A stretch of 64,000 nucleotides of DNA from Callorhinchus milii (taxonomy: Eukaryota), in the NCBI RefSeq assembly GCF_018977255.1, contig NW_024704743.1:114082001-114146000 (forward strand), in the 5' to 3' direction. This document shows, piece after piece, positions 25,804 to 38,300 of this stretch (the first letter of the stretch is position 1; each line of letters starts with the position of its first letter). Made by a program: the position numbers and the translations under genes. The notes beneath the pieces were generated by a model, which was given only the letters and a program-made list of their open reading frames with translations, had not been told where the DNA came from and did no database searches.

Positions 25804-26900
25804 TACATACTACAGTAGTGGCATGGCCCAGTCTTTGGGCCCCTCTAAACCTAAAGGCTGAATGTTATCTGAATGCTCATCATCCCTTGCTGAGCGATAC
25901 CATGAAGAGTGCAGCACTCTTGCCCTGTGTGCAAGTAATAATAATCCTTGTTGGGAGGACATCACAAAGCACTTCACACGAACGACTGCGAAGTTTAATG
26001 ACTGTGGAATTGTAGGCAAATGTAGCAGCCAATTTGCACAAAACAGTCTGTCTACACACAGTCATGAAATATTTTGCGGACCCTATAGTATGCTTTGGGG
26101 GTAACTGCTGGAGCTTAACCAGCAAAAACTGCATAGCTTGTCATTGAGGGTAATATCTGGTAAGCTTCCCGCTGCTTGTGCAGCTGGGATCACTGATTTG
26201 GGCTTTGGCTTACAGGTGTTAATGAATCCCAAATTCCTCTTTAGGCAGAAACTTTGAATAAATATTTTATTTTCAATTGCCTACTTGGGTTTGTGCATTC
26301 GCAAGATATATATTTAATAAGCTACCGTTAAATCTTTGTTCAAGAGGATCTGCCCGGGTGGCCTGGAAGGGAAGCGAATTCTGAGGCAATTTATTTTTGT
26401 ATGGCAGTGAGCATTTAATTAGGAATTGCTTTTCAAATTGCCACGGAAGGGCCACAGTCACATAAAGGCAATGCTTCAAGATTAATGCCAGCTGCGCTAT
26501 TATTACAAAAACATTAAAATACAATTAGTGGCAGAACTGCTTCTCTGAGACCATCTGCTAGGAGTGGCATTCATTCATCTGCCCGAGAGCAAACAGTTCC
26601 TGTCGGGAAATGGCAGAGCTTTCCTCTTCATTGGGCGAAAGAAGCGTGCATTAGACACACAGCGCACATCCCCTTTAAATGTTTCTCATTCTGTGCAGTG
26701 CATTTTATTGGGTTCAGGCCGCTCGCAATAGTAATCTATAAGGAAGGAACAGTTCCCGGCTCCATTAGACACAGTTGTTGCCAATCCCTCTCCTTTGTAG
26801 GTTGAAAGCATTGGGTTCGTGATGAACTACATTCAAGCTCCTGTTCTTGGGTGTGGCGTCTGCAACAGTCTAGGGTTAAAGCTTGTATTATTTTATGCTT

Positions 26901-27398
26901 CAACAACAACAACAACAAAATTACATTTATAGAGGGACTTTCACGTCTGGAGGACACCCCAAAGCGCTGAACAGTCAGATGTGGGGGCCCGAGTATGGGC
27001 CAGGGGTGGTGTAGTGGTGAGGGAAGGCAGAGAGGTGGGAGGGAGACCAAAGGTACGGTCGAAGAGAAGGGTCTTGAGACCGGCCTTGAAGGATGCAAGG
27101 GAGGAAGCGAGGCGAATGGACCGTGGATGGAGTTCCAGAGTGTGGGGCCAGAGAGGCTGAAAGCCCGGCCACCGATGGTAGGGCGGGTCGGGCGGGAGAC
27201 ATGGAGCAGACCGGAGCCCACTGAACGGAGGGAGCGGGCAGGTTGGTAGGGAGTCAGCAGGTCAGCGAGGTAGGAGGGGGCAAGGCCATGGATGACCTTA
27301 AAGGTGAGGACGAGAATCTTGAACTCGATCCTCTGGGGGATAGGGAGCCAGTGGATTCGGGCGAGGGTGGGAGTGATGGGGTCGCGGAGCCTCGTGCA
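26901..27398 (-). mobile_element. L2 LINE 3' fragment (young)
   Basis: Minus-strand [31 protein letters not shown]; (CAA)n at the left end; closely similar to 19819-20434. Confidence 0.9.
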
Positions 27399-29072
27399 GA
27401 GTTTTGACCAAGGTCACGGGTAATCTAGACTTTGTTGAACCAGACAGAATGAGGAGAAGCTATTCTCTGTGTGTGTTCAAAGCGAGCTCACTGTACAGCA
27501 TGTGTTTTCTGGAAGGTGGAAAGGGAGAGAGGAGACTTCCTAAGTTCCACCTTAAGTGCTCTGAGACGCTACCCTGCATGGAGGACTATATAAGTGCAAG
27601 TTGCTGTTGTTGTTCCACCTGATTCACAAGGCAGATGGGATGTATGCTAATCACTCAATTGAATGGGGATAGTAATCTGGTGAACAATAAATAATAATCA
27701 TTTACACTTCATCCTGCTTCATTGATCACTTTTTTAAGTTTATTAGCAAATGTTCCAGCAATTAAATCTACATTAGAACCTAGGAGACAGGTGACAGAAT
27801 TGGACTAAGAGGACTAGATAACAGGAACACACTTCCTGACCAGAGATAATAATAATTCTTACATTTGACATAGTGCCTTTCAAGTCAGGAGGGCATTTCA
27901 AAGCTCTTCCTAGGATATCTTGTAAAGTGTACTGATTGTAGGTGAATGTGGTATTCTGAATCAATTGGATTTTATAAATGGTGGAGCTGGGGAGATTGGC
28001 AAGGGGGACATTGAAATAATCGAGGTGGGAAGAGACACATTTTTCATCTTGCTCCCACCTGGAAGAAAAACGTTTGCAGAGACATAATGATGGCAGTGGG
28101 TCAAGTAGGACTCAAATCAGTAAAGTGCAGTCCCTCTAAGGTGGATGAGGAAAAAAAGGAGGTTGAGGAGGATGGCATGATCAACTGTGTCGAAGGCAGT
28201 GGGGAGGTCCAGGAGGACAAGGAGCAGAGGGAGCCCTGATCACTAGAGAGAGGCTGTCATTTGTGACTCTGACAAGCGCCACTTCTGTGCTGTGGGCAGG
28301 TGGGGCTCAAGTAGGGACTGGAGGGAGAGGGCAAAGCCTCCTCTTTGACTGAGCCTTCGGCCACCCTCCTACCCCACTGCCTTCCACCCTCCCCGATCCT
28401 GACCCCCAGCTCGGGTCCAAATCCCTGACTGTCCAACGTCTTGGGACGTCCTCCCAACGTGAAAGGCGTTATACAAATGTAATATTGTATTGTATTGTGA
28501 GATGTTGGTTGGCAACAGCACATTCCATGGACTTTAGAAATGAAAGGCATAGTTGAAGTGGGCTGGGAGTTAACAAAGTTGGAAGGGTCAAGGGTGGGTT
28601 TTTTGAGGAGGGGAGAAATGACAACAATTTTGAGGGGGAGTGGGACGGAGCCTGAGGAGAGCTAGTTGACTGTCTGCCAGCAGGGAGCAGAGGGGAGTAG
28701 TTGAGAAACCAGCAGCTGGGTTGGAAGGACTTCCTAAATGTGTTGATGGTTCAGAGGCAGGAGGGAGAAATGGGGGCAAAGTAGTGTAGGGTGGGGCCAG
28801 TAAAAGGAGCAGTGGCCGGAGGAGTGTGTGATGTAGAAGGCAATGGGGGAGTCGTGTGGAGGAAGAAGAGGCAGCCAGGGGTTGTTGTCTGTCTTGGAGA
28901 GAAGATATCTAGGACTTCTTTCCATTTGACATTTGAGGGGTAGAAATAGACCTCCTTAGGAAAGTAATAGCATTGCTGGTGAATCACTGCTGAAAAAATA
29001 CTAGACAGGAACCCAAGAGGCCAAACGATAAAAATATCTGAAATACCTATTTAGATAAATATTTGCCCAGGC

Positions 29073-29580
29073 GTCAGCCTAGCTCAGTTGATAGCACTGT
29101 CACCTCTGAGTTAGAAGGTTGTGGGTTCAAGTCCCACTTTGGGACTTTGAATTCATGCAGTCTAGGCTGACACTCCAATGAGGTGCTGGGGGATGCTCCG
29201 TTATTGGAGGTGTCGTCCTTCAGATGAGATGTTAAACCGAGGTCCCAGGTGGACATTAAAGATCCCATGACACTATTCAAAAAGAGAAAGAAGTTTCTCC
29301 CGTTGTCCTGGCCAACAACCAAATAAAATTTGTAATTTACTCCAGGACTGATTATGGGAAATTGGGTAAATTGGGTAAATTGATTGCTACATTCAATTTG
29401 GGTAAAGTGGGTAAATTGATTGCTACATTCATCTTCAAATTATACAGCCACTAACATTTACAGACACTCCTGTCAAGTACTTTGAGAGTATTAATAATAG
29501 TTCTTGCATTTGATTATTCGATTTAGCTCCTGAGGTATAAGGAGCTAAATCAAATGATCAAATGCAAGGACTATTATTAA
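29073..29580 (+). mobile_element. DeuSINE, full length, with internal tandem duplication and fold-back tail
   Basis: Head GCTCAGTTGATAGCAC..GGTTGTGGGTTCAAGTCCCAC; Deu domain GGAGGTGTCGTCCTTCAGATGAGATGTTAAACCGAGGTCCC..GGTGGACATTAAAGATCCCATGACACTATT..GTCCTGGCCAAC. Confidence 0.88.
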
Positions 29581-29879
29581 TACTCTTTGAAAGGTTGGTT
29601 AACTGTGCTGCGCAGGTACGTTAAAGGCAAAGACTTTCTGTTGAGTTCTGGAGGAAGCTCTGTGAGGTCATGAAACAGTAAGCATGCTTTCTGAATTTAA
29701 TGCAGCAGCAGATGTGTAACCTGGTGTATATGCCAGGTGCACAATGGAAAATGTTGTAGAAATGTTGTGATAGGCACCTATGAGATAAGTATACACATGC
29801 ATGTTAAAGCAGCTTCAAGCCGGATAATAGTCATGTAACTTGGATTTGACATAATGTCTCTGTCTTATACAGCGTGTTT

Positions 29880-30187
29880 ATAATAATAATAATCCTTGCA
29901 TTTGATTGTATATTTTGTGGGGAAACTCGGCAGCCAATTACGCACCGCAGTGTCCCACAAACAGTCGTGGATTGAGTGACCAAATTACTATTATTATTTT
30001 TTTTGAAGGGATTATTACCTCCAGGAAAGCATCCGCCAATCAACTAACAACTGGATTCCTACTTACTCTAGGTAAACAGAGACGTGTGGAGGAAGGAAAC
30101 TTGCCCAACGTTTTGCCCTGCTGGGAATCAAACCCAGGTCTCTCGCTTACGAGGCGAGTGCTCTAACCTCTGAGCTGCAGGAGTCCA
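29880..30187 (-). mobile_element. tRNA-headed CORE-like SINE with a deletion in the tail region
   Basis: Head and CORE-like segment intact; about 55 nt of the tail missing. Confidence 0.85.
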
Positions 30188-30412
30188 TGAATTGACTTAT
30201 GCATTGACACAAGCTCTTTACTCCCCACTTTGTAGCTGTTTTCTCACGTCTGAGGTTCAAAGTATTTTTAGGCTGAAGGGATAAGGTACTAAAACAGCAA
30301 AATACAATGCAATTTATACAGCAACTTTCACGTCGCAAGGATGTCCCAAAGTACCTTCCCAGTGCTGGGTGGGCACCCAACCTGGAGGTGGGAGCCAGGG
30401 AAAGATGATTGA

Positions 30413-30800
30413 AACAACAACAACTTGGATTTATATAGCACCCTCCATGCCGGACGGCGTCTCAGAGCGCTTCACAGTAACGGAACCCGGGGCCGAGGTA
30501 GGAGAGGGGGAGGAAGGTGACCAAAGGTGCGGTCGAAAAGAAGAATCTTCAGCCGAGACCTGAAAATAGGAAGAGAGGGGGTGAGGTGAAGGGAGTGAGG
30601 AAGGGAGTTCCAGAGCCTCGGGACATAGTAGCTGAAGGCACGGCCACCGAGGGTGGAGTGGAGGACTCGGGGGTCAAGGAGGAGGCCAGACCTGGTGGAA
30701 CGAAGGCAACGGGCACTGTTGTGAGGAGAGTGGTCAGAGAGGTAGGGGGGTGCAGAGGAGTGGAGGGATTTGAAGACAAGGGTGAGGATCTTGAAGTCGA
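30413..30800 (-). mobile_element. L2 LINE 3' fragment
   Basis: (CAA)n..TTTATATAGCACCCTCCATG.. tail; purine-rich L2 antisense body ending AAGGGTGAGGATCTTGAAG. Confidence 0.8.
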
Positions 30801-31204
30801 AGTCTTGAAAGACATGTAAATAAGGTACATTTTGAAACGTGCCTTGAATGAGGGGAAAGAAGGTATCAGAGGAAGTTCCGGGATGGATTTCCAGAGAGTG
30901 GAGGCAGAATACTGTTCTATTGGTGTGGATGGTTCTTCATTCTTGGATGTTGAGCTTGTAAATCAGGACTCTGGATTGATTTGCAATGATGATTCTGATG
31001 ACTCTAACAAGTCCACAAAGTGGCCCCTGAAAGCTATTTTAATCTGTGCAGCAAGCATGCCATGTACATTCTCTCCCAGAATAGCTTCTGTTTCATCTAA
31101 AATCCGGATCATTTTTCAGGTGTAGCGAGACAATGAGAAGCTTGTGATCTCTTTCACCCATCACTCTGCATTCCTCTCCCACACCAGGCTCTGCAAGCTT
31201 ATCA

Positions 31205-31733
31205 TAATAAATAAATAATAATAATCCTTTCAAAACGTAAAATACTGCTGGAAATCTGAAACAAAAACGGAAGTCGCTGGGAACATCAGCAGGTCAGGCA
31301 GCATCTATGGAGAAAGGAAAGTAAGTCAACGTTTCGGGTCCACGACCCGTTATATCATCAGAAACCTTTCTGATGACATAACGCCTTATCACTTCTTCGA
31401 GACATCTCAAAGCACTTCACAGAATACACTGTAAAGTGAACTGATCGTGTGTTTTGTGGGTGAAACGCGGCAGCCAATTGTGCACAGCAGTGTCCCACAA
31501 ACAGTCATGGATTGAGTCAAAAAAATTTTTGTTTAAATGTATTTAAGGAATTACCTCTGGAAAAGTGATCCACCATTCGACTAACAACTGGATTACTACT
31601 TACTGCTAGGTAAACGGAGGCGTGTGGAGTATGTTTCTTATGTTCTTATGAGTAAGGAAACTTGTCGAATGTTTTGCCCTGGCGGGAGGCGAATCCAGGT
31701 CTTTTGCTTGTGAGGCGAGTGCTCTAACCACTG
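31205..31733 (-). mobile_element. CORE-like SINE carrying two secondary insertions (31231-31376 and 31632-31649)
   Basis: Tail AATAATCCTT resumes as ATAACGCCTTATCAC at ~31378; body and head follow. Confidence 0.85.
31231..31364 (-). mobile_element. Short Penelope-type element with hammerhead-ribozyme motif (copy 1)
   Basis: Minus strand reads CTGATGA-tataac-GGGTC-GTG-GACCC-GAAAC-GTT-GACTT; homologous over ~130 nt to 44384-44521. Confidence 0.75.
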
Positions 31734-31744
31734 GATTACCACTA

Positions 31745-32260
31745 TCACTCTGATCCTCTCTCGGCTTCATTGACTACTCAATCAGATTCAAGATGCTCAT
31801 GTTCACGCCCAAATCCCTCCATGCCCTTGCTCCATTCTATCTCTGTGAGTTTCTGCAACACTACCGATCCAACTGCTCCCTCATCACAGTGACCACCAGC
31901 CTGCTTCATGTCCCCCATACATTCTGCCCCAACCTCGGAGGGGGCAGAATGTATGGGGGACATGAAGCAGGCTGGTGGTCACTGTGATGAGGGAGCAGTT
32001 GGATCGGTAGTGTTGCATCCATTCTGTCCTCACTCCCTGGAACTCCATCTCGGAGTCCCTCTGCCTCGACCCTCCCTCCCCACTTTTAAAGCTAAGACCA
32101 AATTCTTTGATGTTGTTTTCAGTCATCTTTCCCCATCACATCCACCTCAATTCTCTCCCCCCCCCCACCCACCCCAACCGTTCAGGTGGCCAGTTAGTTG
32201 TGTTTTGCACTTTGAGACATCTTTTGACCTGATAGGTGCTATATAAATGTACATTGTATT
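31745..32260 (+). mobile_element. Diverged L2 3' fragment containing a perfect palindrome
   Basis: CTTCATTGACT..ATTCAAGATGCTCATGTTCAC..GCCCTTGCTCC (LHWL..FKIL..LAP-like); tail TAGGTGCTATATAAATGTA. Confidence 0.75.
31854..32017. repeat. Perfect inverted repeat, 77-bp arms and 10-nt spacer
   Basis: 31854-31930 is the exact reverse complement of 31941-32017; spacer AACCTCGGAG. Confidence 0.97.
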
Positions 32261-34479
32261 ATTCTCATCTCATTTGAAGGAAAACACTTCCAACATTACA
32301 GCATGCCTCCCAACTTTGTATTAGAGGTTCAGCCTTCACTGTGTGAGCTCACAGCCTCTACGTGGCTTGCAATTTGGCTTGCAGATTAGCAGGAACTGGA
32401 AAATTATAATAATAATCTTTGCATTTGATATAGTACCTTATCATGTCTCCGAGACATCTCACAGCGATTCACAGAATATACTGTAAAGTGAATTGACTGT
32501 ACATTTTGTGGGTGAAACACAGCAGCCAATTACGCATAGCAAGGAGCAGGGAAAACATCCTTGCTCTTAGTGCAAGTCCTGCTGACGAGCTAGGCTGGAT
32601 GGTCTACCTTCAGCAGTAGATATGCTTGACTCAGGTACCCTAGGAATGGTGTGGATATGCCTGGCTCAGGTACCAAACCACTGAGACCATCACAAAGAAT
32701 TTACTTGATTTCCATCGCCAGGCACATCACTTTGGAGCCATCTCAGCCTCCATCTGGTAACCTCCCCCTCCCAGGAGGATATTTGCTATATTTGCTTTCC
32801 CACAAGGGTATTTGCTAATACTCATTCCTTAGCAGGGTTTGAAAGAGTAGACCTATAATTTGGGACAGAGATTATTCCCACTCAACTCTTGTTAACCTGT
32901 GCAAACCAAAGCTCTCATCGGTAAGGTGGTTCCGAAGCTTGTCGGACAGTCGTTGCAATGGAAAACTTTACTGTTCTAGCTGGTTAAACTCCAGCATTAT
33001 AGCTTAGATCTGCAGCTGCTAATTGTTTCTCTCCACCTGAACACCACCAGACATTTCACATCTTTCCTATTCCCCCCAACCAATGACTCATGTTGAGTGG
33101 AAATTAAATGGTTTCAGCCTTTCACCTCAACCGGAGGCAGTGACAGTGCTTTCTCTACGTTTGCACAGGTGAAAGCCTCGTTTGGGCTTTCCTATTTCTT
33201 CTGCTTAACTTGTGTGCAGTGTGAACAGATTTTTAAAAGTATATTTTTATATATAAATCAAATAAAAAATCTTACTTTGAGAGCTGGTGCAAACCTGATG
33301 GACTGAATGGCCTCCTTCTGTGCTGTAAATTTCTATTCTATTCTGTAACAGTCCCAAGGGGTTCTGAAGTTCTGTATGTGACCACAGAGCAAGATTCTGG
33401 CAAGAAGCATGCAGTGTTTTGAAAGAGCGGACCTCTTAGGAAATCCAGGCTGAACTGCTAGTATACCTCTCAGCTGGCCTTCGCTCTGAATACTTTGATT
33501 GTGTCCATCTTGACCCTTCGAGGCTGGTGCTGCAGAGAAACTTGCAGCTGTGGCCTTCAGAGGAGCGCACTTGTGAGACTAACAACTGTTAGCCTCGGCT
33601 CAGGCAGCTGTGCGAATATCTCCAGATGTTACCTTTGTTCTCTTTGAATCCAATTGACCACTTTTGGCTCCCTTTTTTGACGATTGAATGAAACAACTGT
33701 TTGTGTTGCTATAAGCCCAGCAGCATGGGTGTATGTACGCCGCTGTGTGGTGTCTGATCTGGCATTTGCCACGTGATTTTTGATGTCCTACATTTGACAC
33801 ACATTGCGAAATAGTATTGACCTTGTGTTTCCTTTCATTCACTTTTTGGAAAGGATCATTCTCCACTCTCCCTTCACTAACTCCTACAGCCAATGGTTCC
33901 ACCTAAGTATTTCTCTTCCCCTGTGCTGTTCTCCAATCGCAGAGACAAATGTTTGAGTGCAGTTAAAACATTAATACTGACTTAACTTGGTCGACATCCA
34001 GTGAAGCAGCATTAAAGCGGGTTCAAGGGCCCGCTTCATCTGATCGTGTGTCGCGATGAACATCCTGCATGCTCCTTTTAGGATGATGATGTTCTCAGTG
34101 AAGGATTACATTTCTAAAGTCATTACAGGGAGAGTTTGACCTTTTGGAGATATAATACCACTCAACACCTTGCACTTTTTCGTTCTGTAGAGCAAGTACT
34201 GGACAGTTATGGGAAATAATAATAATGATCCTTGTATTTGATATATTGCCTTATCATGTCATTGAAATGTCTCAAAGTGCTTCACTTTGAATATAAAATA
34301 TGCATATAATATAAAATAGACAAAGATTTGGATCATTTTATCATATCCCAATGAAACAGAGTCCAGCATTATATGGCTGACCATAGAACTCATTGAGATA
34401 TAATTCTTGGTCCATTCCATTGCACCGTTGAGCATGTCATGGGGAAGCTACCTGAAGCATTTCATTCTTCCACTGTAAG

Positions 34480-34870
34480 ATATCCTCCTTGGGAGGAGGT
34501 AAATGGGGTCTCCATGGTGCTGAACTAGCTCCAAGGTGAAATGCCTGGCAATGGAATGTCAGAATTGAGCCAGCTCTCTGTGGCGGTCTTGGTAGTCCAG
34601 TTCCTGAGCCAGGCGAGTCCGCAGTATTCTAGTTCACTGCTGATGTCAGCACAGCCAGCCTGGCTCATCGGCAGGACCTGGAAGGACAGACCAGTCACTG
34701 GGGGCAGGGAGTCATCCCACTCAGCTCCTGTTAACCCTGCAAGCCATAGCCCTGCAAACCATAAAAGGTAGGGTAGTCCTAGCTGAACAAGCAGCAGAAA
34801 AGCTTGCCAGACAGCAACATCAATGGCAAGATATGCGGTTTTAGCTGGTTAGACTCCAGCAGTACCCCAA
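34480..34870. repeat. Unclassified interspersed repeat; further copies at ~32570-33000 (rearranged), ~35580-35715 and ~44585-44629
   Basis: Shared motifs CAGACCAGTCACTGGGG..CTGTTAACCCTGCAAGC..GGTAGGGT..TAGCTGAACAAGCAGC and TTAAACTCCAGCAGTACCC. Confidence 0.7.
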
Positions 34871-35286
34871 CACACACTCTGGGGTCCCTAAGCCTTGGCT
34901 CTTGCCAACCTGCGCCTAATAATTTACGGAATTAGCTAAACAGGATGTGTCCCTCCAGGGAGAGAGCGCATTCCATGACAACAATCTATCTCTGGGATTT
35001 CCATGTTTCCATGTCTAGGTGGGATGCATGGAAATCTCAGTTTGGTTTGTATACTCTAACGGTGGTGATGGGTTTCCACATAGGTCAGACAACAACAACA
35101 ACAACAACAAGATTCCATTTATTGAGCGCCTTTCACATCGGGAGGACGTTCCAAGGCGCTGTACAGTTGGGTCAGGACCCGAGCAGGGGGGAAATGGTCA
35201 GGGTGAGGGGAGGGAAGGGAGGGAGCGAGGAGGGGGTAGAGAGTCGAGAGGGGAGCTGAAGGCACGGTCAAAGACACCTGGTTGAC

Positions 35287-35360
35287 CAAATAAATAAATT
35301 AATAAATAAATAAATAAATAAGTACATACGTGCATACATATACACACACACGTACATACT
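35287..35360. repeat. Compound microsatellite (TAAA)n/(TACA)n/(CA)n
   Basis: Seen directly. Confidence 0.85.
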
Positions 35361-38300
35361 GTAAATTCAGTTGGGATCCCTGGTGAGAGGCTGCATTCTG
35401 TATGTCGAGCAGTTTTTACAACCCTTTACGATTCAGCGGCACTTCTGGGCTTTTCGTTTGAAAAGATGATGCCGCGGAAATGCTGAGAACTGATTTTATT
35501 TGAACATACACAGCAGAGAACAGAGAACACAGCAATGATACTGTGCATGCACTTTTCAAGTTCATTGTAAGGTTCATTGAGAGTCCTGGAAGGGCAGACC
35601 AGTCACTGGGGCAGGGAGTTTTCACATTCAGCTTCTGTTAACCCTGCAAGCTAGAGCCCTGCAAGCCATGTCAGGTAGGGTGGTCTTAGCTGAACAAGCA
35701 GCGGGAAAGATGGCCATACTGTGCTGGGCAAGCAGGTTAGATTTTGCTGACGTGCAAATTGAAATGACACGGAGAAGTGAATTTTTGATTAGCTGTTAAG
35801 TTAGCGTCAGATATCTTTGCATTCGAGTATATGATTCATACTTAAAGCAAATGACCCCGGTCAAAGTACAAAGTACACAGTCGCCACACTCCACAGTAAA
35901 CCCTGTCGAGCACTTTGAGACGTTTCAGCGAGAGTGGTATATCAAATGCAATGATTATAATAATTATTATTCTATACTTATTGCCAACATCGCTTCTTTA
36001 ATGTTTTGTTCGCACGACAGATCCTATTCCGATTCTTAACCAGTTATTTTTTACTCCTGTGGGGTTATATTGATCCTCTCCAAACCTCTGCTGAGGTCTC
36101 CTGCTGTTTCCAGCAGTGTGAGTCTGTGTATGTGTGAACGTGCGTGTGTAATTGCTAAGCTCTCACTCAGACACATTCGCATCAGCTTATGCACATCTGT
36201 TTGCAATGTAAAAATATACAGAAGCAGAAAAGACCATTCTGGTCTACCTAATTCAGAGAAAGCTCTCTTGTAGTGATTTCCAGCATCCCCTTCTGATAAC
36301 TGGAATTATGTCTGGTGCATCTCGGCAATTTGTGGGGACTGTGCTCCTTTGGTGGATCAGATCAATACCGTTCTACAGAACTGCAGACTGGTAGGATGCG
36401 CGTTTTCACTGCTGATCTAGCTGCACCTTCAAAGGCAGTTCAGAGATTGGTTTCCACCATAGAAAGCAAAGGCAAATTGGAGGGTGAGTTAGCTTAGGCT
36501 GGTTTCCTACACATCCCAGCATTCACTTACAGAGAATGTGAAGAGTCCTGAAACAGTCCGTCTGAGGTTTCAAACCACCCCTCCTCGTGGGATGGAAGAG
36601 CTAAAGAATTAAGGAAAAATAACAGCTACTTAAAGTTTAGTTGAAGCTTTTAACACCATTTCAGAACTCAAGACAAGCAGATCTTCCTTTCATTTAACTG
36701 GTGACATTATCTGAAAGATTCAGTTGGGTTAAAGCTTCTGCAAGCTTCTGCAAGTAAACAATTGAAAAAATCAAAAAGGTTCACACAGTTGGTTTAACAA
36801 CAGCATGTCTGTGCTTGGCTTGTGAACAGTCTGACAAACTTGAAGAGACCTCTAATATTGGGTCTTTTCAGACAACTGGTACTTAATTACGTTACATGCG
36901 CGGTCATTCAGTGCTATAAAAGGACTCAGAGCTTGAAATGTTATTCATTGTGCTCATCCCACAGCTGATGTGAGACTAATTTAGTTATTGACCTGACACT
37001 GCACACTATAGACACTGTGGAACGCCCAATATTCAGCCATATTCTGCAGGATTATTGCTTGAACATATTGTAATTACAAATCCTGTTACAGTTGAGTTCT
37101 GTTCTTATTTGGCAAATCAACAAATAATGCAAATGTATTTTGTTTGCATTTTTTAAATTTGCTCTGACTAATTTTGTGCTCAGTGAGGTGAGGGAATTAG
37201 CACTGGAGAATGGGAAGCTACCCAGGATCAATGTCAAACACTCTCAAATCAGGTGTAGTTACCGCTTGCAGAGGCCAAAGTGGTGTGACTCAGCCAAACT
37301 TCAGATGAACGATGCCTTCTAATGCATCAGTGTGGCATTTCCATGCCTCACACGAGCTGTGCTTGCACCTCTCTCAGGCAGATGGGTAATTATAGTAGTG
37401 CTGAATTTATGTATGGTGCAGTGTTTTGTTTCATGTAGTGTCTGCGGCTCTGACCTCCTCAACCTTCCCGGCCTATCACTCAGACTTAACGAACCAGTGT
37501 GCAACCTAGGCATCAAGTTTGACCCATAGTTGTCCTTCCTTGTCCACGTCCGGTCCCTGACCAGGACCGCCTTTATCCACCTCCGCCACGTTGCCCACCT
37601 TTGACCGTACCTTACCACAGACACAGCTGTGTTTGTGTGTGGTGTGTGAGTGAATATTTTTGGTTGAATGTTTTGCTTTTGTTGGCAGCTTCAGTTTATC
37701 AATTAATATAGTTACAGTGCATCAGTTACAAGGAATGGCACTAGCAGGTGACATTAAATTCAGTTTGGATCTGGAAGGTAGTTTTCCACAGTTATCCCAA
37801 GCGCTCTGGGACACTACCCTGCATGAGGGGCACTATATAAATGCGAGTTGTTGTTGTTGAATCTTCTATGGTATTGGGACGTCCTCCCGACGTGAAAGGT
37901 GCTATACAAATGTAATTTTGTTGTTCTTGTTGATGTTGAAGCTGAGTCCTTATGGTCAGTCCAGACAAGTGATTCCTGACTCTGGGTTTCTGTAGATGTT
38001 TTATTAAATGAGAAATCAATATGTGAATATTGTACACATATTGTCAACTTAATCACTCTATTAGCCACCATATTTAAATTAAAACAACATCTTACTTTAC
38101 AAGAGCCAGCAGTAAGGCTAAATGTTGGTAGTCTATGTTTTGTCAATCTGTAGAACGTTGAAACAGGAATAATCTGGGAATACGGTCAGATCAGAAATTC
38201 TCTACACTGTAATTGAATGGGACTCTGTTGGGACTATGAACTCGCAGTCCAGGTTGACACTTCAGTGCAGCGCTGGGGAGTGCTACATTATCATTTGAAA

